Counted from the stretch's first letter, positions 53,842 to 62,408 are shown. The stretch: DNA of 64,000 nucleotides from Candidatus Nomurabacteria bacterium (GCA_020631995.1 JACKGJ010000001.1:161753-225752); one strand, 5' to 3'. Numbers and translations: made by a program. Notes: generated from the sequence alone by a model not told the origin.

Positions 53842-54360
53842 ATGAATCTTCTACACGACATTCCCGCCGGAACAGCAGATGAGATGAACGTTATCATTGA
53901 AATACCAAAATTTTCTAAGAACAAGTACGAGATTGATAAGGAAACTGGCATCATTGCGCTTGACCGCGTAATGCACTCAGCGCAGGATTATCCTTTCGAC
54001 TACGGCTTCGTTCCTCAAACGTTATTTGACGATGGTGACGCTCTCGACGTAGTACTACTCACTACTTACCCACTAGCACCAAGTATCCTAGTGAAGGCTC
54101 GACCAGTGGCCATTATGGAAATGGTGGACGGAGGGGAACGTGATGACAAAGTGGTAGCTATACCAGTAGATGATCCACGTTTTGATCACATAAAAGACAT
54201 AGGAGACCTCAATCCTCACTTCCAAAAGGAGATGACTCACTTCTTCGAGACCTATAAAAAGGTACAGAATAAAGAAGTCTCTATTGGAGAATGGCATGGC
54301 GCAAAAGAAGCAAAAGAAGCATTTCAAAAGAGTTGTGAAATGTACACAAACGCAAAATAA
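53842..54360 (+). CDS. ppa: Inorganic pyrophosphatase (family I)
   Basis: IEIPKFSKNKYEIDKETG..YPFDYGFVPQT..DGDALDV. Confidence 0.92.
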   Translation: MNLLHDIPAGTADEMNVIIEIPKFSKNKYEIDKETGIIALDRVMHSAQDYPFDYGFVPQTLFDDGDALDVVLLTTYPLAPSILVKARPVAIMEMVDGGERDDKVVAIPVDDPRFDHIKDIGDLNPHFQKEMTHFFETYKKVQNKEVSIGEWHGAKEAKEAFQKSCEMYTNAK

Positions 54361-54366
54361 CCCTTC

Positions 54367-54415
54367 ACACAACGAAAAAGCTAGGAGTCTTCGACTCCTA
54401 GCTTTTTCGTTGTGT
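54367..54415. terminator. 23-bp perfect hairpin terminator after ppa
   Basis: ACACAACGAAAAAGCTAGGAGTC ttc GACTCCTAGCTTTTTCGTTGTGT. Confidence 0.8.
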
Positions 54416-54518
54416 ATAAAACACCTAGTTAATTACTACTAAGGCGCCTTATAATCAAGGGCAAGCGGTAGTTAAGCCGTTCTAATTTGTAACTCTCATT
54501 TGAATCCTTCTAAGCTTT

Positions 54519-55325
54519 ATGCATAAACAACAAAGTCCTATTTCTGTGTCTTCAACCGTTTGGGCACTATTAGTAACTGCTGTAGTTCTATTAGTAGCAG
54601 CTTCAGCAAGCGCCCAGACCGACGACGCTGTAGCAGATGATTCAGTTCCAGTTAGCGATGTTAACCAGGTAGATCCAGCTCCCCCAGCAAATATACCTCC
54701 AGCACGTATGCGTGACCCTGCCACCACAAATAGGGTCAACGGCGTAGCACCACTACCGAGCAATGCTATGAGAGAGGTTAGACCAGCAAACTCCAACGGG
54801 ACTTTGATGGATGCCCTACCAACAAATGCCTCAACTACTAACCGAATACACGCTTGGCACGAAGCAGTTACGAGCCGTAAGGCAAGATTGGAAGAAAAAC
54901 GCATCGCCTTACAAAACGCCAGCACTACTCGACAAGCACGTCTTGGTGACGCCGTACGGTCTAACGTTACTGTTGGAGCTAGTAGAATCACTACTGTCTT
55001 AAGTAACGCCATAGCAAAGAGCATCAGTATCAACGAACGACTAGCAAGTAAGGCTGGGGAATTGGAAGCTCGTGGCAATGATATGTCTGCAGTGAACACA
55101 CTGGTGTCGGAAGCGAATGAGTTGTTGAGATTAGCTATGGAAGCACTAGAGGGAATTACCATAAACACAGAGTACGCAGTAACCTCAGACAACCCATTGG
55201 CAGACTGGGAGGCTGTACGCCAACAATTCAGTGAAGTACGTGACCTGATTAAAAGTGCTCATGAGGTTATGCGTGAGGCAACCACAATTATCAAAACCAA
55301 TATCAGTTCAGCAGACGATAATTAA
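54519..55325 (+). CDS. Secreted hypothetical protein (helical, Ala/Asn/Thr-rich)
   Basis: Signal-peptide-like N-terminus VWALLVTAVVLLVAASASAQT; preferred over the antisense shadow ORF 54482..55192. Confidence 0.6.
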   Translation: MHKQQSPISVSSTVWALLVTAVVLLVAASASAQTDDAVADDSVPVSDVNQVDPAPPANIPPARMRDPATTNRVNGVAPLPSNAMREVRPANSNGTLMDALPTNASTTNRIHAWHEAVTSRKARLEEKRIALQNASTTRQARLGDAVRSNVTVGASRITTVLSNAIAKSISINERLASKAGELEARGNDMSAVNTLVSEANELLRLAMEALEGITINTEYAVTSDNPLADWEAVRQQFSEVRDLIKSAHEVMREATTIIKTNISSADDN

Positions 55326-55342
55326 TTAGTAAGCAGTCGATT

Positions 55343-55735
55343 ATGGAACAAAATAACAACACCCCAAGCGAAGCACCAATGATCCCAGAATCTGAAATGA
55401 AGCTACCAGAAGAATCATTAAATGGAGCCCCTCAAACACCAGCACCTAAAGGTCACCTATTTAATCCACTGCTAGTAGCACTGTTAGTAATATTGTTAGC
55501 TATCTTAGCTGTAGTAATAATCTGGGGAGAAGAATTAATTGAAATAGTATGGCCACAAGAAACAGCAGAACCACAACAACTACCTGAGGGGGAGGTGTCC
55601 AATAATGAAGCTAGCGAAATTGAACAATGGGAATCAGAAATAGATGAAATGGACTTAAGTGGGATTGAGACTGAGATGACTTCAATTGAAGCTGAAATAG
55701 AAGCAGAGACAACTGCCACCTCAACCACACAATAG
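55343..55735 (+). CDS. Single-pass membrane protein with an acidic C-terminal region (hypothetical)
   Basis: TM helix LFNPLLVALLVILLAILAVVIIW and a Glu-rich tail. Confidence 0.5.
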   Translation: MEQNNNTPSEAPMIPESEMKLPEESLNGAPQTPAPKGHLFNPLLVALLVILLAILAVVIIWGEELIEIVWPQETAEPQQLPEGEVSNNEASEIEQWESEIDEMDLSGIETEMTSIEAEIEAETTATSTTQ

Positions 55736-55790
55736 TGACAAAGGATTAATCTTAAAAACACCTGTGACTATGAGTTGCCGGTGTTTTTGC

Positions 55791-56087
55791 TTACATCATC
55801 TAGTACAAACCCTTGAAGAAGCCCGTCTGACATGCTTTAATGCGCCCTTGCTTGTCCCGTTTAAATCCTATAGAGATCACGGCTAATCGACCAACGTTGG
55901 TCACCGCGGACAAATAACTTGGCTTTACTGGAATGTCGAATTCGGCCACGAGCATCCGCTCGGGGCTGAATGCGACATATATAACAAGGGTCGGCGGAGG
56001 CCGACTCCTTATCCAGAAAAAGACGCCTGGTTCATTCGTCTAATGCCCTGTGGCGTAAGCCAAGGCATTTGACGAATGACGTTTTTA
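55791..56087 (+). promoter_or_regulatory. Roughly 300-nt structured non-coding region ending in a terminator-like hairpin just upstream of tig
   Basis: No ORF. It contains several strong hairpins and a terminal hairpin 56032-56079 plus TTTTT, 20 nt before the tig ATG. ACTTGGCTTTAC (55917) is complementary to the terminator loop GTAAGCCAAGG (56055). Confidence 0.4.
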
Positions 56088-56106
56088 TTTAATAATTTTA
56101 TACTAT

Positions 56107-57237
56107 ATGGACTTCAAAAAAGACTTTGGCGTAGAGAAGGTAGAGGGCTCACAAGTCAAAATAACTGGTGAAATACCTTACGAAGAGGTAGCAAAGCACC
56201 GTGCCAAGACCATAAAGGCATTGGGTAAGAATATGAAAGTAGATGGCTTCCGTGAAGGGCATGTGCCTGAGGCTATTGTAGTGCAAAAAATCGGTGAGAT
56301 GGCCCTTCTAACCGAGATGGCTGAATCAGCTCTCGCAGCTACTTATCCTGAGATATTAAAGGCACACAAAATTGACGCCATTGGTCACCCTAAAATTGAA
56401 ATAACTAAGATTGCTCTAGAAAACCCACTTGGCTTCACTGCTCACGTAGCGGTTTTACCAGAAATTAAATTGGCTGACTACAAGAAAATCGCTAAAACTC
56501 TAAACAAGGAGAAGGAAGATGTCCTTGTAACTGACGAAGACGTAGAGAAGCAAGTAAACGATATCCTTCGTCAAAAAGCTGCCTACGAGCGCCTACAAAA
56601 GAAGGCACAATCTGGCGAAAAGGAATCCCATACCCATGCTGACGGCACAGTCCATGAAGGTCCTGCACACGACGATTCTGGCAAACCACTTGAGGATATA
56701 AATGACCTAGAGATTCCAGAGCTCACAGATGAGGTAGTTAAAACCTTGGGGGCACCTGGCCAGTTTGAAACAGTAGATGATTTTAAGACCAAGCTACGCG
56801 AACACTTGGAAATCGAAAAGAAACGCGAAGCTGAAGCAAAGCATCGAGCAGCGGTGACGGACAAAATAATCGAAGAAAGTCAATTTGAAATACCTCAGGT
56901 ATTAGTTGACTCTGAAATCGGGCAAATGTTTTCTCAAATGGAAGAAGATATTAAGCGGGCCAATCTGTCGATGGATGATTATCTAAATCATATGAAGAAA
57001 ACTCGTGAGGACTTAAAGAAAGAATGGGCACCGACTGCTGAAAAGCGTGCCCGACTTCAATTAGTCCTAAATGAAATAGCTAAGTCTGAAGAGATATTGC
57101 CAGACCCAGCCAAGGTAGAAGAAGAAGCAAAACACCTCCTAGAGCACTACAAAAATGCTGATGCTACTAGGGTAAAAATCTACGTGGCGTCTGTGATGCA
57201 GAACGACGAGGTGATGAAATTCTTGGAAAGCCAGTAA
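56107..57237 (+). CDS. tig: Trigger factor lacking the central PPIase domain
   Basis: N-terminal ribosome-binding signature GFREGHVP and C-terminal arm regions. It is only 376 aa, with a short His-rich linker where the FKBP domain normally sits. Confidence 0.85.
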   Translation: MDFKKDFGVEKVEGSQVKITGEIPYEEVAKHRAKTIKALGKNMKVDGFREGHVPEAIVVQKIGEMALLTEMAESALAATYPEILKAHKIDAIGHPKIEITKIALENPLGFTAHVAVLPEIKLADYKKIAKTLNKEKEDVLVTDEDVEKQVNDILRQKAAYERLQKKAQSGEKESHTHADGTVHEGPAHDDSGKPLEDINDLEIPELTDEVVKTLGAPGQFETVDDFKTKLREHLEIEKKREAEAKHRAAVTDKIIEESQFEIPQVLVDSEIGQMFSQMEEDIKRANLSMDDYLNHMKKTREDLKKEWAPTAEKRARLQLVLNEIAKSEEILPDPAKVEEEAKHLLEHYKNADATRVKIYVASVMQNDEVMKFLESQ

Positions 57238-57249
57238 CCAACCACCATA

Positions 57250-57280
57250 GAAACCGCAAGAATAAATCCTTGCGGTTTTT
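57250..57280 (+). terminator. Terminator after tig
   Basis: AAACCGCAAG aataaatc CTTGCGGTTTTT. Confidence 0.7.
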
Positions 57281-57420
57281 ATTATCGTGCAATGCTTGAT
57301 ATCAAGATAAGTGCATCTACTTAAACTTTCTGCTAGGATTGCAGAGTCAGAGCCTATCCACGATCTCATCGTAACCCAAAGTGGCTAGGCTCTTAGATAA
57401 TTTAAATTTGGAATTGAAAT

Positions 57421-58026
57421 ATGGAAATGAAAAATAACAGTGAAATAATGAGCCAATTGGTACCGATGGTGATTGAAAAGACCATTGGTGGTGAACGCGC
57501 CTACGACATCTACTCACGACTGCTTAAGGAGCGTATTATCTTCGTAACTGGTCATATTGAAGACCATATGTCTAACTTGGTGGTAGCACAGCTACTATTC
57601 CTAGAGGCTGAAGACCCAAAGAAAGACATATATATGTACATCAACTCCCCAGGAGGAAGCGTAACTTCAACCTTGGCAATGATTGATACTATGAATCACA
57701 TCAAGCCAGATGTGGCGACTGTCTGTGTTGGTATGGCCGCTTCCGGCGGAGCTCTCCTCCTCTCTCAAGGAGCTAAAGGAAAGCGCTTTGCGCTTCCTAA
57801 TGCTGAGGTGATGATTCATCAGCCACTGGGAGGTGCGCAGGGTCAGGCTTCCGACATTGAAATTACAGCCCGTCATATCATCGCCACTCGTGATCGTCTA
57901 AACAAAATGTTGTCGAAAGCCACCGGTAAGCCGATCGCACAGATTGAAAAGGATGTGGACCGAGACTTCTTTATGTTGGCAGAGGATGCTAAGAAATATG
58001 GCATCATCGACCAGGTCTACAAATAA
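57421..58026 (+). CDS. clpP: ATP-dependent Clp protease proteolytic subunit
   Basis: [29 protein letters not shown], active-site GMAASGG and HQP. Start could be 57421, 57427 or 57448. Confidence 0.93.
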   Translation: MEMKNNSEIMSQLVPMVIEKTIGGERAYDIYSRLLKERIIFVTGHIEDHMSNLVVAQLLFLEAEDPKKDIYMYINSPGGSVTSTLAMIDTMNHIKPDVATVCVGMAASGGALLLSQGAKGKRFALPNAEVMIHQPLGGAQGQASDIEITARHIIATRDRLNKMLSKATGKPIAQIEKDVDRDFFMLAEDAKKYGIIDQVYK

Positions 58027-58028
58027 TT

Positions 58029-58161
58029 TTATAAACTTGTGACGATGATGAGACGGAGCGTTGTGAGGCACGACTAATGTCCTGTCGTGACGAACCGCGA
58101 GTCCGGACAGGAAGTGCTTATGAATGAAATGAATTAGCAACTTGACGTTCATCGACCAAGT
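58029..58161. repeat. Structured hairpin element R10 between the clpP stop and its terminator (same architecture, divergent core)
   Basis: 12-bp perfect outer stem TTTATAAACTTG / CAAGTTTATAAA, second stem GACGATGA/TCATCGAC, inner hairpin TCCTGTC..GACAGGA. Confidence 0.6.
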
Positions 58162-58180
58162 TTATAAATAGTTACTAACC

Positions 58181-58217
58181 AAAACCAGCTCGACGCCTTT
58201 GGCGTCGGGCTGGTTTT
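58181..58217 (+). terminator. Terminator after clpP and element R10
   Basis: AAAACCAGCTCGACGCC ttt GGCGTCGGGCTGGTTTT. Confidence 0.8.
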
Positions 58218-58300
58218 CATTTACCCCCTAATCTGCTAATGTAAGATAACAGTACGACAGACACGACATAGAGCTGGATTATCACCATAACCAATTAAAC

Positions 58301-59821
58301 ATGCCGACATTAATAGTCGTCGGCGCGGCCATACTAGCTGGAATCGCAATTGGATACGTAGCCAGATACTGGCACGCTATCTTCCAGAGCTCATCTTTGG
58401 AGTTGGACATTAAGCAAAAGTCGCTCCACGCAGAAGAGAAAGCCCTGAAAATAATCGAGAAAGCCGAAGAGAAGGCCGCCGCCATCGAAAAGGAAACCAA
58501 GATCGCCTGCCGGACCCTGGAGGAAAAGTTAGAACAGAAAGAGAACCGACTGAATAAAAAGGAAGAGCTTTTGGACCAACGCCAAATAGACGTCGACTCA
58601 CAAATCGAGAACGTTCGCGGAAAAATCGAGGAAGTGAAGGCTATCAAGTCACGTCTTGATAGTCGCCAAGGTGAACTTGACCAAAAACTCGAAGAAATTG
58701 CTGGACTAACCCGCGATGAGGCATACGCCCGATTGCTGGATAATCTTGAAAAGGAACGCGAAAGCGATCTGGTTGGTCGTATCCGCAAGTTAGAAGTATC
58801 TGGTGAAGAACAATATGAAGAGCGTGCTCGCGACCTACTTCTTGCCGCTATCCACCGAGTAGGTAACTCTATGCCAGGCAACGTAATGACCGCGAGTGTC
58901 GAGCTACCAAGTGACGATCTCAAGGGAAAGATAATTGGTAAAGAAGGACGTAATGTGCGAGCATTCGAGAGAATGACTGGCGTGGACGTACTCATAGATG
59001 ACACACCTGGATACATCGTTCTATCCTCTTTTGACCCGATTCGTCGTGAGATAGCGAGAGTCGCCCTAGAGTTGTTATTGAAAGATGGTCGAATTCAGCC
59101 AGCAAAGATAGAGGAAATGGTGGAAGAGGCCCGCAAGCAAGTGGCCAAAACAGTTCGCCAGATGGGTGAAAAAGCCGCTTACGAAGCTGGAGTTCCAAAT
59201 CTCCATCCCGACCTTATCACTATTCTTGGCCGTCTCCATTTCCGTACAAGCTACGGGCAAAATGTATTGTGGCACTCAGTAGAAATGGCACACATCTCCG
59301 GTATCATCGCCAAAGAAATAGGAGCTGACGAGGCAGTTGCTAGAGCTGGCGCATTGTTACATGACATTGGTAAAACCGTAAGTCATGAAGTGCAAGGTAC
59401 CCACGTTGAGATTGGTATCCGCATCCTGCAGAAATATGGGGTGGATGAGAAAGTTATCTTAGCGATGCGCGCTCACCACGAAGAATATCCATACGAAACA
59501 CCAGAATCAATAATTGTGCAGGTTGCTGATTCCCTATCAGGTAGTCGCCCTGGAGCTCGTCGAGACTCTATGGAAAACTACATCAAACGTTTGACTGACC
59601 TTGAAGCTATTGCCACTGCAATAGTGGGGGTAGATAAGGCATTTGCCATTTCGGCTGGACGCGAAATTAGAGTATTGGTTAATCCAGACCAGCTAACTGA
59701 TATGGCCACACACGAACTAGCTCGCACTATCGCCACAAATATCGAAACACAGTTGCGATATCCTGGTGAAATTAAAGTGCACGTTATACGCGAAACAAGA
59801 GTTATCTCGTACGCAAGATAA
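58301..59821 (+). CDS. rny: Ribonuclease Y
   Basis: N-terminal TM helix, coiled coil, KH (KGKIIGKEGRNVRAFE) and HD (LLHDIGK) domains. Confidence 0.92.
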   Translation: MPTLIVVGAAILAGIAIGYVARYWHAIFQSSSLELDIKQKSLHAEEKALKIIEKAEEKAAAIEKETKIACRTLEEKLEQKENRLNKKEELLDQRQIDVDSQIENVRGKIEEVKAIKSRLDSRQGELDQKLEEIAGLTRDEAYARLLDNLEKERESDLVGRIRKLEVSGEEQYEERARDLLLAAIHRVGNSMPGNVMTASVELPSDDLKGKIIGKEGRNVRAFERMTGVDVLIDDTPGYIVLSSFDPIRREIARVALELLLKDGRIQPAKIEEMVEEARKQVAKTVRQMGEKAAYEAGVPNLHPDLITILGRLHFRTSYGQNVLWHSVEMAHISGIIAKEIGADEAVARAGALLHDIGKTVSHEVQGTHVEIGIRILQKYGVDEKVILAMRAHHEEYPYETPESIIVQVADSLSGSRPGARRDSMENYIKRLTDLEAIATAIVGVDKAFAISAGREIRVLVNPDQLTDMATHELARTIATNIETQLRYPGEIKVHVIRETRVISYAR

Positions 59822-59822
59822 A

Positions 59823-59853
59823 ACAAAACCGGCACCCAAGTGCCGGTTTTGTT
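59823..59853. terminator. Bidirectional terminator (rny / PDT gene)
   Basis: ACAAAACCGGCAC ccaa GTGCCGGTTTTGT. Confidence 0.8.
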
Positions 59854-60418
59854 ATATCTTGGTCGCAACCAAAAACATCGTGTAGTTATACTTCAAATCT
59901 TGTATCGATTCTTCTAGAATATCCAAACCATATCGCTCGGCTGCACGACGTGACGCAATTACCGCAGTAGTATCTGGTAGTTCCCCACTTTGTAGTGCCT
60001 TAGCGGCAGCAGCAGTATCTTTAAATGGGACAATGTCTGCTTCTGGCCATATTCTCTTTATATACATTCGACACTGCTTCAGCGCCTGATCGTGTGAGGT
60101 AATAGTTTTAATCTCCGAAGCTGTGATTCCTTTTTTCACTAAAAGATGATGATGTACATCCAGCTCAAACATTTTTTCAATACCAAACCGATGTTTAGCC
60201 ATAGCGCAGACTGCCTCAATAACTATTCCACCATTGGAGTTCTCTATCGGAAAAATACCCTTATCTATAGAGCCTTTTTCTAATTCCGATAATACAATTT
60301 CAGCGGTAATCAAAGGAAGGATTTCAGTATTCTCTAGCTGCTCGGTTTTAACATAGAGTTCTCCAGCCATTTCCGAAAAACTACCAACATCTCCCATCAC
60401 ACCAATCTTAATTGACAT
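59852..60418 (-). CDS. Prephenate dehydratase catalytic (PDT) domain protein without an ACT domain
   Basis: GDVGSFSEMA, PIENSNGGIV, TSHDQALKQC, IQDLKYNYTMFLV match PDT motifs; 188 aa. Confidence 0.7.
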   Translation of the reverse strand: MSIKIGVMGDVGSFSEMAGELYVKTEQLENTEILPLITAEIVLSELEKGSIDKGIFPIENSNGGIVIEAVCAMAKHRFGIEKMFELDVHHHLLVKKGITASEIKTITSHDQALKQCRMYIKRIWPEADIVPFKDTAAAAKALQSGELPDTTAVIASRRAAERYGLDILEESIQDLKYNYTMFLVATKI

Positions 60419-60603
60419 AAATAGTAGATTACCACAGCAGATTGTCGTAGCAAAAGCATTTTAATAGCAACACAATATATTGGCTTTGAGAAGTGATTGC
60501 CCGTATAAAACCTTGCTATATAATGTGTTTAAGCCAACAATTATGGCAAGCGTGATCTCTAAAGATCTAATCGTCACCATTAACAACTCATAAAATATTA
60601 ACT

Positions 60604-60876
60604 ATGAACAAAGCAGATATCATCACAAAGGTACACGAAACCCTAAACACTACTAAGGCTGATGCAGAAAGAGCTGTGGAGTGTGTTATCGACTCTATCA
60701 CTAACTCTCTTAAGAGTGGTCAGGAAGTATCTATCGCTGGACTTGGCATTTTCTCAGCCAAGATGCGTGAGGCGCGCACTGCGCGTAATCCACGTACAGG
60801 TGAAGCTATTGAAGTACCGGCAATGCGTGTACCGAAGTTCCGCGCTGCAAAGGGATTGAAGGACGCTGTTAAATAG
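60604..60876 (+). CDS. hup: HU-family DNA-binding protein
   Basis: MNKADIITKV.. GLGIFSAKMREARTARNPRTGEAIEVPA. Confidence 0.93.
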   Translation: MNKADIITKVHETLNTTKADAERAVECVIDSITNSLKSGQEVSIAGLGIFSAKMREARTARNPRTGEAIEVPAMRVPKFRAAKGLKDAVK

Positions 60877-60891
60877 TTGCTCCTTTGAAGT

Positions 60892-60921
60892 AAAAACAGC
60901 GGCTGAGAAGTCGCTGTTTTT
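60892..60921. terminator. Bidirectional terminator after hup
   Basis: AAAAACAGCG gctgagaagt CGCTGTTTTT. Confidence 0.75.
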
Positions 60922-60923
60922 GT

Positions 60924-61094
60924 TTGGGCACGGGGAATCTACCCGGAATAGCGGCTACTTTGCTTCATTTCATTCGCAAACTAGGCTCGCTTTCCTGGTC
61001 GGCGCCTCCTCGTTTCTTCTCTTTGGAAGGAGAAGAAACATCGTCCGGCGCTTCGATTCCCGACGCAAGACACGCAGGTGTCTTGCTTGCCCGC
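60924..61094 (-). other. Degenerate, expanded tRNA-Gly-like unit or tRNA 3'-end duplication
   Basis: On the - strand it starts with GCGGGCA, which is the tRNA-Gly 5' acceptor strand. A 10-bp hairpin has loop CTTCCAAA, containing the tRNA-Gly anticodon-loop heptamer. It ends with GATTCCCCGTGCCC, 14/14 identical to the tRNA-Gly T-arm and acceptor 3' part. Confidence 0.4.
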
Positions 61095-61148
61095 ACTGCA
61101 TATGAAAAGCCGCCCTTTAGAGGGCGGCTTTTCATATGCAGTGCGGGC
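61089..61148. terminator. 27-bp perfect palindrome (terminator) that includes the 3' acceptor strand of tRNA-Gly
   Basis: GCCCGCACTGCATATGAAAAGCCGCCC tttaga GGGCGGCTTTTCATATGCAGTGCGGGC. Confidence 0.7.
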
Positions 61149-61212
61149 ACGGGGAATCGAACTCCGATATTCTGCTTGGAAGGCAGACGTTTTACCACTA
61201 AACTATGCCCGC
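61142..61212 (-). tRNA. tRNA-Gly (anticodon UCC), CCA not encoded
   Basis: Hand-folded cloverleaf: acceptor GCGGGCA/TGCCCGC, D stem GTTT/AAAC, anticodon stem TCTGC/GCAGA with loop CTTCCAA, and T arm CGGAG TTCGATT CCCCG (one A.C mismatch). Confidence 0.88.
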
Positions 61213-61298
61213 ATCGTCGGCGATTCTAGCACGAAACCATAGCTTATTCCAGTTATTAAAACTTGTGTTTGTATACGAATCATCATACATTTTAGGTA

Positions 61299-62408
61299 AT
61301 GAAAGTGCTGATCATTAACTCAATATTTATTTTGCTATCCAGTACTGTCTTAACAACTGGAGCCTTACTAGTATGGAATCAAGAAGGAGTCTTCCTTCAG
61401 TCTGATAATGCAGCCGCAGTGGCCAATAGCAATGATGCTTATAGAGAGGAGAAAAATGAGGATGACTTTATAGCGTTTAATGAAATTATCGATAAGGCAC
61501 TGAAACAAAACGACGTGACTGAACACGACTCTTTTGCTACAGAAGAAGTAGATAATGACCCCGAAGAAAACTCAGAGTCAGACACATCGATCACACCTCC
61601 TGAAAATCTTGGCGATGCTATAGTGAACATCGTCTGTGTACAAGCCACTGATCAATACAAACGTCGCATTTCAGGTACTGGTTTCTTTATAAGTTCCCGA
61701 GGCGTAATCCTCACCAACGCTCATGTGGGGCAGTTTCTTCTCTTGGCTGGCGTGGAAGCATTTGGAGAAACTTCTTGCTCTGCCACTACAGGTATAGAGG
61801 GAGCGCCAACCTATGATGTAAAGTTGTTATACATCTCCCCCACTTGGCTTCTTGAGAACGCTAACTCACTTAATGACAATAACCCTCGTGGTACTGGCGA
61901 AAATGACTTCGCACTATTGTTTGTAACCAGTAACACGGGGAATGAATTACCCAACTCATCATTTTCTTACCTTCCTCCTGCTACCAACCCTCTTTCCAAA
62001 GCCCTTAAGGACGATACAGTCATTCTAGTTGGTTATCCAAAAGAAGACGGCGCTAAGGTTGGAAAGAGAACTACCGCCACAACTACAGTAACTGAACTCT
62101 ATACTTTCAAGACTGGTGGCGGTGCAGATATCTTTTCTTTGGGTTCCTCACCACTTGGGCATACTGGTACTTCTGGAGGACCAGTAATTGACCATTTTGG
62201 TAGATCAATCGGTGTAATCACGACCAAGGAGTCTGGTACGACCATTCTAAACGCCATTACAATGGCTCACATTGACCGCTCAATTAAAAGCGAGACGGGT
62301 ATTGATCTTATATCAATTTTGCAAGGGGACCTCAATCAACGAGCCACTCTTTTTAACGAGACAATATCACCTATTTTGCAAGCAATACTAGTCAAAAGTA
62401 ACGACTAG
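61299..62408 (+). CDS. Membrane-anchored trypsin-like (S1/S1C-type) serine protease
   Basis: N-terminal TM helix, GTGFFISSRGVILTNAHV (His region) and GTSGGPVID (catalytic Ser). Confidence 0.75.
   Translation: MKVLIINSIFILLSSTVLTTGALLVWNQEGVFLQSDNAAAVANSNDAYREEKNEDDFIAFNEIIDKALKQNDVTEHDSFATEEVDNDPEENSESDTSITPPENLGDAIVNIVCVQATDQYKRRISGTGFFISSRGVILTNAHVGQFLLLAGVEAFGETSCSATTGIEGAPTYDVKLLYISPTWLLENANSLNDNNPRGTGENDFALLFVTSNTGNELPNSSFSYLPPATNPLSKALKDDTVILVGYPKEDGAKVGKRTTATTTVTELYTFKTGGGADIFSLGSSPLGHTGTSGGPVIDHFGRSIGVITTKESGTTILNAITMAHIDRSIKSETGIDLISILQGDLNQRATLFNETISPILQAILVKSND

Noticed and set aside
54482-55192. 236-aa minus-strand ORF antisense to 54519..55325
   Set aside because: It is a Ser/Ala/Leu-rich shadow ORF. 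The + strand ORF has a signal-peptide-like N-terminus and fits the local + strand operon (nusA-ppa-...).
55899-55909. T-box-like GGTCACCGCGG in the region upstream of tig
   Set aside because: It has one extra base relative to the GGUGGUACCGCG core. It lies about 130 nt upstream of the terminator rather than forming its anti-terminator, and tig is not an amino-acid-related gene. No specifier-loop context was recognisable.
58282-59016. 244-aa minus-strand ORF antisense to rny
   Set aside because: It is a Ser/Arg-rich shadow frame of a confidently identified RNase Y gene.
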